From Thermoanaerobaculia bacterium (GTDB taxonomy: Bacteria > Acidobacteriota > Thermoanaerobaculia > UBA5066), in contig JBBRRY010000011.1 in NCBI GenBank assembly GCA_038245905.1, positions 23,589 to 87,588 on the forward strand: 64,000 nucleotides of DNA, written 5' to 3'. Made by a program: the position numbers and the translations under genes. Positions 1 through 8,880 of the stretch are shown here, in pieces. Position 1 is the first letter of the stretch. Every line of letters begins with the position of its first letter. The notes beneath the pieces were generated by a model. That model saw only the letters and a program-made list of their open reading frames with translations, ran no database searches and was not told the origin of the DNA.

Positions 1-1232
1 TCCTCGCGGACGCCTACGCGATCCCTGAGGGAACCCCGATCAAGCACAACCACGCGTTCGACGAGGCGACGGGTTTCCGGACGCGCGCGATGCTCGTCGT
101 GCCGATGAACGACCACCAAGGCGACCTCGTCGGTGTCCTCCAGCTCATGAATCGCGTGGGGGCGGCCGGACCGGAGGAGTATCCGGAGGACCTCGTCCCG
201 CTTCTCCTCTCGCTCGCGACGCAGGCGGCGGTATGCCTCAAGGCGAACCAGCTCACGGCGTCGATCCGGCGGCTCTTCGAAGATTTTGCGCAGGCGGCCA
301 TCGTCGCCGTGGAGCAGCGTGACCCGACGACGGCGGGACACAGCAATCGGGTCGCGACGCTCACCGTCGAGATGGCGGGGCTCGTCGACCGCGCCGCGGA
401 CGGCCCTTTTGCATCCGTGTCCTTCTCGCGCGAGGAGATGCGCGAGATCTTCACGGCGGCTCTCCTGCACGATTTCGGGAAGATTTCGATCCCGGAGCGC
501 GTCCTCGTCAAGGCGAAGAAGCTGTCGGAGGAAGGACTCGGAAAGATCCGTGACCGATTCGACATTTCGCTCGCGGCCGCCGAGGCGGCGGAGGCGCGCG
601 CCCTCCTCGAGAGGCGGGCCCGGGACGGGGGCCGCGTGAGCGAAGCGGAGCTCGAGGCGTTGGACGCCGCGGCACGGGAGCGCGCCCTGGAGTTCGAGGG
701 GCTTTTCGACGAGATCGTCGCCGCGAACGAGCCGACCGTGATGCCGAAGGACGCGCGGGGCCGGCTCGAGGCGCTCCTGAGCCGGCGCACGCGCGCGCGC
801 CGCGGCCAGGAAACGACGCTCCTTCTTCCGGAAGAATTTCGCTTCCTGTCCATCACGCAGGGGAGCCTCTCGGAGGAAGAGCGCCGTGCCATCGAAAGCC
901 ACGTCTCCCACACGTGGCGGTTTCTCTCCACGATTCCGTGGACGGTGGACCTGGCCCGCGTGCCCGAGATCGCGTACGCCCACCACGAGAAGCTCGACGG
1001 AACGGGCTATCCCCGCGGGCTCTTTCGGAAGGACATTCCGCCTGCCGCGCGCGCCCTTTCCGTGTGCGACGTTTACGATGCATTGACCGCGTCCGACCGG
1101 CCGTACAAGAAGGCCGTTCCACGCGAGGCCGCGCTCTCGATCCTCGAAGGAGAGGCGAAGCACGACCGGCTCGACACATGGATGGTCTCGGCGTTCATCG
1201 AAGGAAAGATCTGGAAGGCGCTCGCGCCCTGA
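1..1232 (+). CDS. GAF + HD-GYP domain phosphodiesterase (5'-partial)
   Basis: Frame is open from the window edge (FDEATGFRTRAMLVVPM..LVGVLQLMN, end of a GAF domain). Contains TAGHSNRV, LLHDFGK, HHEKLDGTGYPRG and DVYDALT..RPYK motifs. Confidence 0.9.
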   Translation, partial: LADAYAIPEGTPIKHNHAFDEATGFRTRAMLVVPMNDHQGDLVGVLQLMNRVGAAGPEEYPEDLVPLLLSLATQAAVCLKANQLTASIRRLFEDFAQAAIVAVEQRDPTTAGHSNRVATLTVEMAGLVDRAADGPFASVSFSREEMREIFTAALLHDFGKISIPERVLVKAKKLSEEGLGKIRDRFDISLAAAEAAEARALLERRARDGGRVSEAELEALDAAARERALEFEGLFDEIVAANEPTVMPKDARGRLEALLSRRTRARRGQETTLLLPEEFRFLSITQGSLSEEERRAIESHVSHTWRFLSTIPWTVDLARVPEIAYAHHEKLDGTGYPRGLFRKDIPPAARALSVCDVYDALTASDRPYKKAVPREAALSILEGEAKHDRLDTWMVSAFIEGKIWKALAP

Positions 1233-1897
1233 AAGCGGCGGCCGCGGCGACGCTCGCCGCCGCGCTCCTCCTCGCGCGGCCCGCAGATTCGGCGCCCGCG
1301 AGGTGGCATTTCGTCTTTGGGCGGGAATGGGAGATTTCGATTCTCTTCGAAAGGGAAGAGGCGGGGGACCGCACGCGCCTTCTCGTCCGCGCCGCCGCGG
1401 GCCGCTTCGAGCTTCTTTCGGAGCAGAATCCCTCGGGTCGGGATTCGACCGAGAGCATCCGGCGCCTTCCGGACGGCGAGACGTTCACCCGGCGACTCGT
1501 TCTCTCGACCTTCGAAGAAATACCCCCGTGCGCTTCGGTCCGCGCCCCCGACGCGTGCGTCATTTTCACCGGCGCGAACGGGTCCTTTGGCGCGCCGATC
1601 TCCGTCTTCGCGGGCGAGGCCGGGGCTCCCTTCCGGCGGCGCGCCGCCGGCCTCGTCTCCATGGAGATGCGCGATGCGCTTTTCGGCCTCGCGCCTCTCC
1701 TTCCCGCGGTCGCCGAGTTCGGCTCCTACGGGAAGGACTTTCTCGGTTTCGTCTGGCCGGAGCGCTTCACGAAGCCGCAGTCTCTCCGCAAGGGCGAACG
1801 CGCGAAGGGCTGCGCGTTCGACGTGGAGTTCGGCTTTCCGTGCGCCCCGGAGGACCTTGCCCGCGAAACGAAGCGGTTCGCGCGCGTCGACCGGTAG
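1229..1897 (+). CDS. Hypothetical secreted protein
   Basis: Signal-peptide-like LKAAAAATLAAALLLARPADSA followed by coding-like sequence with several Cys. Start uncertain: CTG 1229 (CTGA overlap with the upstream stop) or ATG 1178. Confidence 0.6.
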   Translation: MKAAAAATLAAALLLARPADSAPARWHFVFGREWEISILFEREEAGDRTRLLVRAAAGRFELLSEQNPSGRDSTESIRRLPDGETFTRRLVLSTFEEIPPCASVRAPDACVIFTGANGSFGAPISVFAGEAGAPFRRRAAGLVSMEMRDALFGLAPLLPAVAEFGSYGKDFLGFVWPERFTKPQSLRKGERAKGCAFDVEFGFPCAPEDLARETKRFARVDR

Positions 1898-1922
1898 GAG
1901 TGCGGGGTAATCTCCCGGCGGT

Positions 1923-4028
1923 ATGAGCGACGACGCGCCCGCTCCGCGGAAATACGTCCTCAGGCGCACCGCGCCGGCGAAGAGCTACCGCGTCGACTAC
2001 GCGCGGGAGCTGAACGAGGAGCAGAAGGCAGTCGTTTTCGCGTCCGACGGGCCGACGCTCGTCGTCGCGGGCGCGGGCTCGGGCAAGACGCGCACGCTCG
2101 TCTATCGTGTCTCGCGCCTCATCGAGGACGGCGCCGACCCCGCGTCGCTCCTCCTTCTCACCTTCACGAACCGCGCCGCGAAGGAGATGAAGCGCCGCGT
2201 CGAGACGCTGATCGGCGCCGACCTGAACCGCGCGACGGCCGGGACGTTCCATTCTGTGGCTGCGCACCTGCTGCGCCCTCACGCCGAGCTCCTCGGCTAC
2301 AAGGCCAACTTCACGATCCTCGACTCGGAGGACACGAAAGACCTTCTGGAATCCGCGACCTCCGACATCGGCGTGCCCGTCACCGAACGGCGCTTTCCGA
2401 AGGGGGACCTGCTGCGGGCGATCGTGTCGCTCTGCGTGAACACGGGACGGCCTCTCGACGACGTGATCGCCGCCGAACATCCGCACTTCTTGCCGCAGAT
2501 CGAGTCGATCCGGACTGTCGTGCACCGCTATCTCGAGCGCAAGGTCGCCGCGAACGGCATGGACTACGACGACCTCCTCCTGAACTGGAAGAGGCTCATG
2601 CTCGAGCGCCCCGAAATCCGGAAACACCTCGGCGCGCGCTTCCGGCACGTCCTCGTGGACGAGTACCAGGACGTCAACCACCTCCAGGCCGATCTCGTCG
2701 ACCTCGTCGTGCAGGATGTCGCGGCGCCGAACGTGATGGTCGTGGGCGACGACGCGCAGTCCATCTACTCATTTCGCGGAGCGGACTTCGAGGCGCTCCT
2801 CGGTTTTCCCACCCGGCATCCGGGGACGCGGATTTTCTCCCTCGAGACGAACTACCGCTCGACACCCGAGATCCTGCGCCTCGCGGATGCGTCCATCGCG
2901 CACAACACGCGCCGTTTCGAGAAGACGCTTCGCGCCACGCGCGGAAGCGGAGTGCCCGTGGCGGTCGTCGGCACGTCGGACGTCTCCCAGCAGGCCGAAT
3001 TCGTGGCCCAGCGCGTCCTCGAGCTGCGCGACGAGGGGACGCCGCTCGCCGAGATCGCAGTCCTCTACCGCGCGCACCATCAGGCGCTGGAGCTGCAGAT
3101 CGAGCTGACCCGTCGCGGGATTCCGTACGAGATCCGGTCGGGCATGCGTTTCTTCGAGCAGCAGCACGTGAAAGACGTGCTCGCGTACCTGCGCCTTCTC
3201 GTGAACCCGAAGGAAGAGACGGCCTTCAAGCGCATCCTCAAGCTGCTGCCGAAGGTGGGAGAGCGCACCGCGGCGACTCTCTGGACCGCCGTCGCGGACA
3301 CGCCGGACCCGGTCGGTTCCTTCCTACGCCTCGACCTCCGGAAGGCTCCAGCCGGGGCGCAAGGCGCGCTCAAGAAGCTCGCCTCCACGCTCGAATCGCT
3401 TCGGCGGCCTTCGCTTCTTTCGGCGCCGGCCGAGGCGATCCGTTTCGTCGTGGACGAAGGCGGTTACGCGGACGTCGCGAAGACGAAGTTCGAGAACCAC
3501 CAGGCCCGGCTCGACGACCTCGAGGCCCTCGCGCAGTTCGCGCTGCCGTACGACAGCGTCGAGAGCTTCCTCGAGGAGGTCACGCTCTTCGGCGAGCCCA
3601 CAGGCGAGACCGTGATCGCCGGCGATGCGGAAGACGAGCGGCTCGTGCTCTCCTCGATCCATCAGGCGAAAGGGCTCGAATGGCGCGCCGTGTTCGTCCT
3701 CGGGCTCATCGAAGACCGCTTCCCGAACGTCCGGGCGGCCCGGACGTCCGAGGGCCTCGAGGAGGAGCGGCGCCTCTTCTACGTCGCGGCGACCCGCGCG
3801 AAGGACGAGCTCCTCCTCGTCCACCCGCTCGCCGCGTTCGACCGTTTCGGCATCGTCGTCGTGACCGAACCAAGCCGTTTTCTCCGGGAGCTGCCCGAGG
3901 ATCTCTTCGAGCGCTGGGTGCTCGAGCCGGGCCCGCCTCTTCCCGCGTTGGAGGGGCCGAAGGCTCCCCGTCTCGCCGTGGCCGACGACCCGACGCTTGA
4001 GCCGGACGAGGACGGGCCCGTCAACTAG
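1923..4028 (+). CDS. ATP-dependent DNA helicase, UvrD/PcrA family
   Basis: AGAGSGKT, TFTNRAA, VDEYQD, VGDDAQSIYSFRGA, LETNYRS, SIHQAKGLEW and EERRLFYVAATRA motifs. Confidence 0.95.
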   Translation: MSDDAPAPRKYVLRRTAPAKSYRVDYARELNEEQKAVVFASDGPTLVVAGAGSGKTRTLVYRVSRLIEDGADPASLLLLTFTNRAAKEMKRRVETLIGADLNRATAGTFHSVAAHLLRPHAELLGYKANFTILDSEDTKDLLESATSDIGVPVTERRFPKGDLLRAIVSLCVNTGRPLDDVIAAEHPHFLPQIESIRTVVHRYLERKVAANGMDYDDLLLNWKRLMLERPEIRKHLGARFRHVLVDEYQDVNHLQADLVDLVVQDVAAPNVMVVGDDAQSIYSFRGADFEALLGFPTRHPGTRIFSLETNYRSTPEILRLADASIAHNTRRFEKTLRATRGSGVPVAVVGTSDVSQQAEFVAQRVLELRDEGTPLAEIAVLYRAHHQALELQIELTRRGIPYEIRSGMRFFEQQHVKDVLAYLRLLVNPKEETAFKRILKLLPKVGERTAATLWTAVADTPDPVGSFLRLDLRKAPAGAQGALKKLASTLESLRRPSLLSAPAEAIRFVVDEGGYADVAKTKFENHQARLDDLEALAQFALPYDSVESFLEEVTLFGEPTGETVIAGDAEDERLVLSSIHQAKGLEWRAVFVLGLIEDRFPNVRAARTSEGLEEERRLFYVAATRAKDELLLVHPLAAFDRFGIVVVTEPSRFLRELPEDLFERWVLEPGPPLPALEGPKAPRLAVADDPTLEPDEDGPVN

Positions 4029-4051
4029 AGGCCGAGGCTAAGATCAAAGGC

Positions 4052-6043
4052 ATGCCCGCCGTGACGCCCGCCTACGTGCCTCTCGTCTCCTTCCCCGGCC
4101 GCATTCTCTATTTGACCGAGAGCGCCGAGATGATGCGCCGGCAGCTCGCCGGAGAAGATCTCGTCTGGGACGCGAACGATCCCGCCGAGAGGCTGAGGGA
4201 CGACGTCTCGACCGACGAGATGACGCCAGGCTGGACGTGCTTCCACCACGACGCGACCCTCGGGCGCTTCACGTACCTTGGTCTGACCTGCCAGGACGGC
4301 GAAAAGCGCGTGCAGCCGGTGGGCGAGGACGCCGTCCGCCGCGGCGGGTTCCTCGTGTCCGTGGCCGGCCGCCGCCGCGGCAAGGGATCCTCCCGTGAAC
4401 AGGCGCCCTACGCGGAGCGCGCCGCGGGGATCCGCCTCCTCGTCGCGGAGAGCTTCGAGCGCATCTACCGCCAGAACGCCATCAACCTCGGGATGCTCCT
4501 CACGACGGACTTCTCGGTTCTCGAGCGCATTCGCCGCATCGAAGAGATCCCGCTCTCGTTCTTTACGGAGGGCGAGGACGCCATCACGCGCGCGGTGATC
4601 GAGGCCGGCGGACTTCTTCCCTACACGCGCGCGCGCCTCGCGGGCCGCACGTCGCCCCCGCCCGTCACGACGCGGCCGCGCGCCATGACGCTCGCCGAGA
4701 AGATCCTCGCGCGGCACGCCGTCCGGGACCCGGCTCTCGCCACTGCGGGCGTGCCGGCCGTGGCGCCGGGGGACGCGTGCTTTGTGCGGGCCGATCTCCG
4801 GTTCTCCCACGAGTACGTCACGCCGATGGCAGCCGCATGCTTCGAAGAGGAGCTCGGAGGGGCCGTCCGAGTCCTGGACCCGGACTCGGTGCTCCTGTTT
4901 CGTGACCACCTCTCCCTTCTCGGCGAAGTCATGCCGGCGGAGCGCAGGGAGCGCGGCCTCCTCGCCCTCGCGGACGCCCTCGCGACGCGTCAGGAGGAAT
5001 TCGCCGCGGCGCAGGGCATTCGGCTTTATGGCGCGGGCGAGGGCATCTGCCACTCCCTCGTCCTCGAGCGTCACGCGCTCCCCGGCCAGGTCGTCGTCGG
5101 ATCGGACTCGCACACGACTCACGCCGGCGCCCTTGGTTGCCTGGCCTTCGGCATCGGCACGACGGAGGTCGCTTGTGCGTGGCTCTCGGGCGACGTGCGC
5201 GTGAAGGTGCCTGCCACGGTGCGCGTCGTCCTCGACGGTGCGCGGCCACCCGGCGTAACGGCGAAGGACGTCATGCTCGCGCTCCTCGCCCATCCTTACG
5301 TAAAGGGCGGCGGCGCGATCGGCAAGATTCTCGAGTACGCGGGCGAAGCGGTAGACGCCTTTTCCGTCGACGAGCGCGCGACGCTCACGAACATGGCGGC
5401 CGAAGCCGGCGCGTTCGCGGGGATTGCGGCACCCGACGAGACGACGGCGCGCTTTCTTTCCGAACGCCGCGGCATTCCGCTCGACGAGGCGCGCGCGCTG
5501 TGCCGCGGCATCGGGTCGGATCCGGACGCCGTGTTCGAATCGGAGCTGAGGCTCGACGCCCGTGCTCTCGCCCCGCTCGTGGCGCTCCCCGGCGATCCCG
5601 GAAACGGAGTTCGGATTTCGGATCTTGCCGCGCCGGTCCGTGTCGACATCGCGTACGCAGGATCGTGCACGGCCGGCAAGCGCGACGATATGGAGATGCT
5701 CGCCATGGTTCTCGCCGACGGTCTCGCGAAGGGGAAGCGCGTGGCACCGGGCGTCGACTTCTATATTCAGTTCGGGAGCCGGGACGTGAGGGAGTGGTGC
5801 CGGGAAATGGGGTATCTCGAATTGTTCACGCGCGCTGGAGCGCGGCTGATCGAGCCCGGCTGCGGGGCCTGCATCAATGCAGGGCCGGGTGTCTCGACGC
5901 GGGTGGACCAGGTCACCGTGAGCGCGATCAACCGCAACTTCCCCGGCCGGAGCGGCCCGGGGCGCGTCTACCTCGGCAGCCCCTATGTGATTGCGGCCTC
6001 AGCCCTCGCGGGTAGGATTACGGCGTGGACGCCAGGCGCCTGA
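4052..6043 (+). CDS. Aconitase-family dehydratase; LeuD-like swivel domain fused N-terminal to a LeuC-like domain
   Basis: N-terminal DDVSTDEM, GKGSSREQA and AESFERIYRQNAINLG. C-terminal MTLAEKIL, GICH, GSDSHT, GSCTAG, PGCGAC and NRNFPGRSG. Confidence 0.9.
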   Translation: MPAVTPAYVPLVSFPGRILYLTESAEMMRRQLAGEDLVWDANDPAERLRDDVSTDEMTPGWTCFHHDATLGRFTYLGLTCQDGEKRVQPVGEDAVRRGGFLVSVAGRRRGKGSSREQAPYAERAAGIRLLVAESFERIYRQNAINLGMLLTTDFSVLERIRRIEEIPLSFFTEGEDAITRAVIEAGGLLPYTRARLAGRTSPPPVTTRPRAMTLAEKILARHAVRDPALATAGVPAVAPGDACFVRADLRFSHEYVTPMAAACFEEELGGAVRVLDPDSVLLFRDHLSLLGEVMPAERRERGLLALADALATRQEEFAAAQGIRLYGAGEGICHSLVLERHALPGQVVVGSDSHTTHAGALGCLAFGIGTTEVACAWLSGDVRVKVPATVRVVLDGARPPGVTAKDVMLALLAHPYVKGGGAIGKILEYAGEAVDAFSVDERATLTNMAAEAGAFAGIAAPDETTARFLSERRGIPLDEARALCRGIGSDPDAVFESELRLDARALAPLVALPGDPGNGVRISDLAAPVRVDIAYAGSCTAGKRDDMEMLAMVLADGLAKGKRVAPGVDFYIQFGSRDVREWCREMGYLELFTRAGARLIEPGCGACINAGPGVSTRVDQVTVSAINRNFPGRSGPGRVYLGSPYVIAASALAGRITAWTPGA

Positions 6044-6519
6044 GGCCCCTCGCCGCGCTTCTGGCGGCTTCGCTCGCGGCGGGAGGCTGCCGTTTCGGCT
6101 GGAACCTCTGGGCGCGTGGCGACCTCGCGCGCGACGTGACCGCCCTCCTGGCGAGAGAGGGCGTACTCGTCTCGGGCGTGAAGTGCCGGATGTTCGGCAC
6201 GCTGCGCGCGGGCGCATGCACGTTTCCCTTCACGGCCGGGCAGACCACGCTTCTGGCGCAAGGCCTGAGACTCCGCGTTCTGGCGCCGACCGAGAACATT
6301 CGCGAGTTCCCCGGCGGATGCTCGGTTACACGCCCCTTCGACACCGACTTCGTGCGCTCCTTCCGTACGGGCGCGTTCCGGCCGCCTGAGCTAAAACTGC
6401 GCGATGGGGGATCGTTCGACTACGTGTATCTCTACCACCACCCCGCGTCGGGGCGAGCGTGCCTTCAGGCCGCGTACACACAGGACGGCGCGGGGACCGC
6501 GTCTCCCTTCACGAACTGA
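6025..6519 (+). CDS. Hypothetical lipoprotein
   Basis: Lipobox-like LAAGGC after a hydrophobic stretch. TAGGAT lies 6 nt before the GTG. Confidence 0.6.
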   Translation: MDARRLRPLAALLAASLAAGGCRFGWNLWARGDLARDVTALLAREGVLVSGVKCRMFGTLRAGACTFPFTAGQTTLLAQGLRLRVLAPTENIREFPGGCSVTRPFDTDFVRSFRTGAFRPPELKLRDGGSFDYVYLYHHPASGRACLQAAYTQDGAGTASPFTN

Positions 6520-7555
6520 ACGCTCCTGGCGTCGAGCGATCCTCGGGCACCGCGGTCAGCCGTCGCTGGAGCCGTGGAGCGCCTCGCTCGACGAGGGCCG
6601 TCGCCGCCGTCAGGGCGAGGAGGAGCGCGGAAATCGCCACGTCGAAGACGAGCTGCTCCTCGAGCCGCATCGTCAAGAGGATGCCGGGCCGCGCGGCGCC
6701 GAGCCAGATGAGGTCGGCGCCCGTAAAGAGAACGAACGCAGCGAGGGCATGGGCGACGTGGTCTCCGAACGGGCCTCCGGCCGCGCGGGCGGCCAGCCGC
6801 ACGGCGGCGGCAAGCGAGACGGCATACGAGAGAAGGACGGCCGTCGCTCCCCAGGCCACGTCCGGATTGACGGGATCGCTGTCGCCGAGGGCGATGAGCG
6901 TCAGGTCGATGCGCGATAGGCCATAACCGCCGCTGAGGAGGACGAGGAGGGTGAGGCACGCAAGTGGAGCTGCCGCGCCCCGGAAGCGGCCCGGCACAGG
7001 CGGCGTGTCCGGGGACAGGAGGCCCATGCCTTCCAGGAGGACGAGGAAGAGCGTCCGCCATCCCGGAAAGAAGCAGCTCGCGAGCGACGCGAACGCGAGA
7101 GACTCGAGCCTTCGCTGCCGGGTGGCGGCGGCAAAGACGAAGAGGGCGAGACCGAACAGCACGGCGATCCGCGTGAAGGTGGCCGAGGCCAGGACCGCGA
7201 GCCTCATGTGCGGCGCGAGCCAGGACCCGATGCAACCGAGCGGCGGAAGAAGCGCGACGAACCGCAGGGAACGCGGGCGCGCCTCGCGGAGGGCGCCGGG
7301 GGCGAGCAGGACCGTGAGGATCACCAACGCGGCGTCCCCCGCCGCGAGGCCCGCGGAGTGCCCGAGGGGAGTCCGCGACATGGGAAGGACGGTGAGGACG
7401 CCGGCCGCGGCGACGCAGAGGACGAGGCTGCGCCCCGAGCCGCGCCCGCGCGCCGCGAGGGCCAGCGCGCCCGCGAGAAGCAGCGCGCCCGCCCACTGAT
7501 CCCGGCCGGGGAGCGCGGCCAACGCGAGAAGGAGCGCGGCTGCTGAGCCGCTCAC
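6509..7555 (-). CDS. Multi-pass membrane protein, possible PIG-G/PIG-O-like membrane domain
   Basis: Real coding part of the 6509..10684 ORF. GTG 7555 overlaps the upstream stop (GTGA). About 10-11 hydrophobic segments; LSGGYGLSRIDLT motif. Confidence 0.7.
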   Translation of the reverse strand: MSGSAAALLLALAALPGRDQWAGALLLAGALALAARGRGSGRSLVLCVAAAGVLTVLPMSRTPLGHSAGLAAGDAALVILTVLLAPGALREARPRSLRFVALLPPLGCIGSWLAPHMRLAVLASATFTRIAVLFGLALFVFAAATRQRRLESLAFASLASCFFPGWRTLFLVLLEGMGLLSPDTPPVPGRFRGAAAPLACLTLLVLLSGGYGLSRIDLTLIALGDSDPVNPDVAWGATAVLLSYAVSLAAAVRLAARAAGGPFGDHVAHALAAFVLFTGADLIWLGAARPGILLTMRLEEQLVFDVAISALLLALTAATALVERGAPRLQRRLTAVPEDRSTPGAFSS

Positions 7556-8736
7556 GCCCCGATCCGCCAGATGCCGATAACGGCCGCAACGATCGCGAGG
7601 CCGAGCAACGCCTGGATCGGAGGATGCTCGCTCCCGCCCGCACGGGGACCGAACGCGCGGAAACGCTCCGCCTCGGCCGGCCCGAAGCCGGGTGCGGCGA
7701 GGTAGCGCGCGAGTTCCGGCGTTCCCTCCCACCTCTTGGCATCGGAGGGTGCCACCGCGAACCGGGCGAGGAGACATCGGTCGCAGCGGCCCTTGAGGGC
7801 GGCCGGATCGAGACTCAAGAGAGCGGGATCGGGCGCGCCGACACCGGACGCCGGCGGGCAGACTCCGAGCAGAATCGCGAGCGTCGGAGCGAAGTCCTCG
7901 GGCGCGAAAGCGGGTGTCCCTTTTGCGAAGCCCCGTCCGACAGCGAGAAAGGCCGTCTCGCGCGCGAGGGCGTCGGGGCCACCGTGATGGCCGTCGTCGT
8001 CCGCGCCGTGGTCGCCGAGGACGACGAGCGCGTCGCGGTTCAGGTCCAGGCGGGCCGCGATGCGGCCGAGCCGGCGATCGGTGGCGGTGAGCGCCTCGCG
8101 GTACGCCGGGCTCCAGGGCTTCAGGATGTGGCCCGTGTGATCCACGGACCCGAAGTGCACGACCGCGAGGACCACCGCGGCGTCGTCGAGGATCCGCATC
8201 GCCCCGGCCTCGGCCGCGTCGTCGTCCACGTAGGGTCCGAAGTCGTCCGCTCCCTTCCCGACGTAGACGCGCGCGGCACCCACGCGCATGTCGTCGCCGA
8301 ACAGCTCGGCGAAATCCGGGCTGTAGGTGGAGGAGCCCCAGAGCCGGTGTGCGCCGGTCAGCCTCGTGAAGAGGGAGTCCTCCGTGACGTGGTCTTCCGA
8401 GACGTTCCGGAGGCTGTCTTGGAATGTGCCGGGCCGCCCCGTGAAGAGGGTCCTGAGACACGGCTTCGTGAAGGACCGCACCCCCGCCATCATCGGACCT
8501 CGGCTTCCGGCCGCCGCGAAGCGCTCCACGTTTGGCATCCCCGTGCCCGAGAGCGCGTCGGAGCGCCGCCATCCGTCGACGACGACCACCACGATGCGCC
8601 GCGCAATCGGTTCGAACGCGGGAAGGGGCGCGTTGCGGAGCACCGCCGCTTCCCCTTGGGACGCCGGTTCGGGACGGAGGAGCACAGCCGCAGCGAGCGG
8701 AAGGAGGGCGACTGCGGCCAGCGAGATGGACCTCAT
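7552..8736 (-). CDS. Alkaline-phosphatase-superfamily enzyme, GPI ethanolamine-phosphate transferase-like
   Basis: Signal anchor, VVVVDGWR, SFTKPCLRTLFTG (Thr nucleophile position), HFGSVDHTGH, LGDHGADDDGHHGG and a C-terminal TM helix. Confidence 0.85.
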   Translation of the reverse strand: MRSISLAAVALLPLAAAVLLRPEPASQGEAAVLRNAPLPAFEPIARRIVVVVVDGWRRSDALSGTGMPNVERFAAAGSRGPMMAGVRSFTKPCLRTLFTGRPGTFQDSLRNVSEDHVTEDSLFTRLTGAHRLWGSSTYSPDFAELFGDDMRVGAARVYVGKGADDFGPYVDDDAAEAGAMRILDDAAVVLAVVHFGSVDHTGHILKPWSPAYREALTATDRRLGRIAARLDLNRDALVVLGDHGADDDGHHGGPDALARETAFLAVGRGFAKGTPAFAPEDFAPTLAILLGVCPPASGVGAPDPALLSLDPAALKGRCDRCLLARFAVAPSDAKRWEGTPELARYLAAPGFGPAEAERFRAFGPRAGGSEHPPIQALLGLAIVAAVIGIWRIGA

Positions 8737-8834
8737 GGCCGCAGTTTTTCGACGAGCTCGGTTCGCAGGGTCTCCGCCACCAGCTTGAGCTTAGCCGACG
8801 CACAGTCCTGGCCTTCTGCCGAGGGTGGCGGCTG

Positions 8835-8863
8835 AAGAAGAAAGCCCCCGGTCTCCCGGGGGC
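8835..8863 (-). terminator. Intrinsic terminator after the S9 peptidase
   Basis: GCCCCCGG-GAGA-CCGGGGGC hairpin followed by TTTCTTCTT on the minus strand. Confidence 0.8.
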
Positions 8864-8880
8864 CTCGGTCGAAAAACCGG

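Noticed and set aside
1923-4028. UvrD helicase as part of an anti-phage system
   Set aside because: Looks like an ordinary PcrA/UvrD with no adjacent nuclease or OLD-family ATPase.
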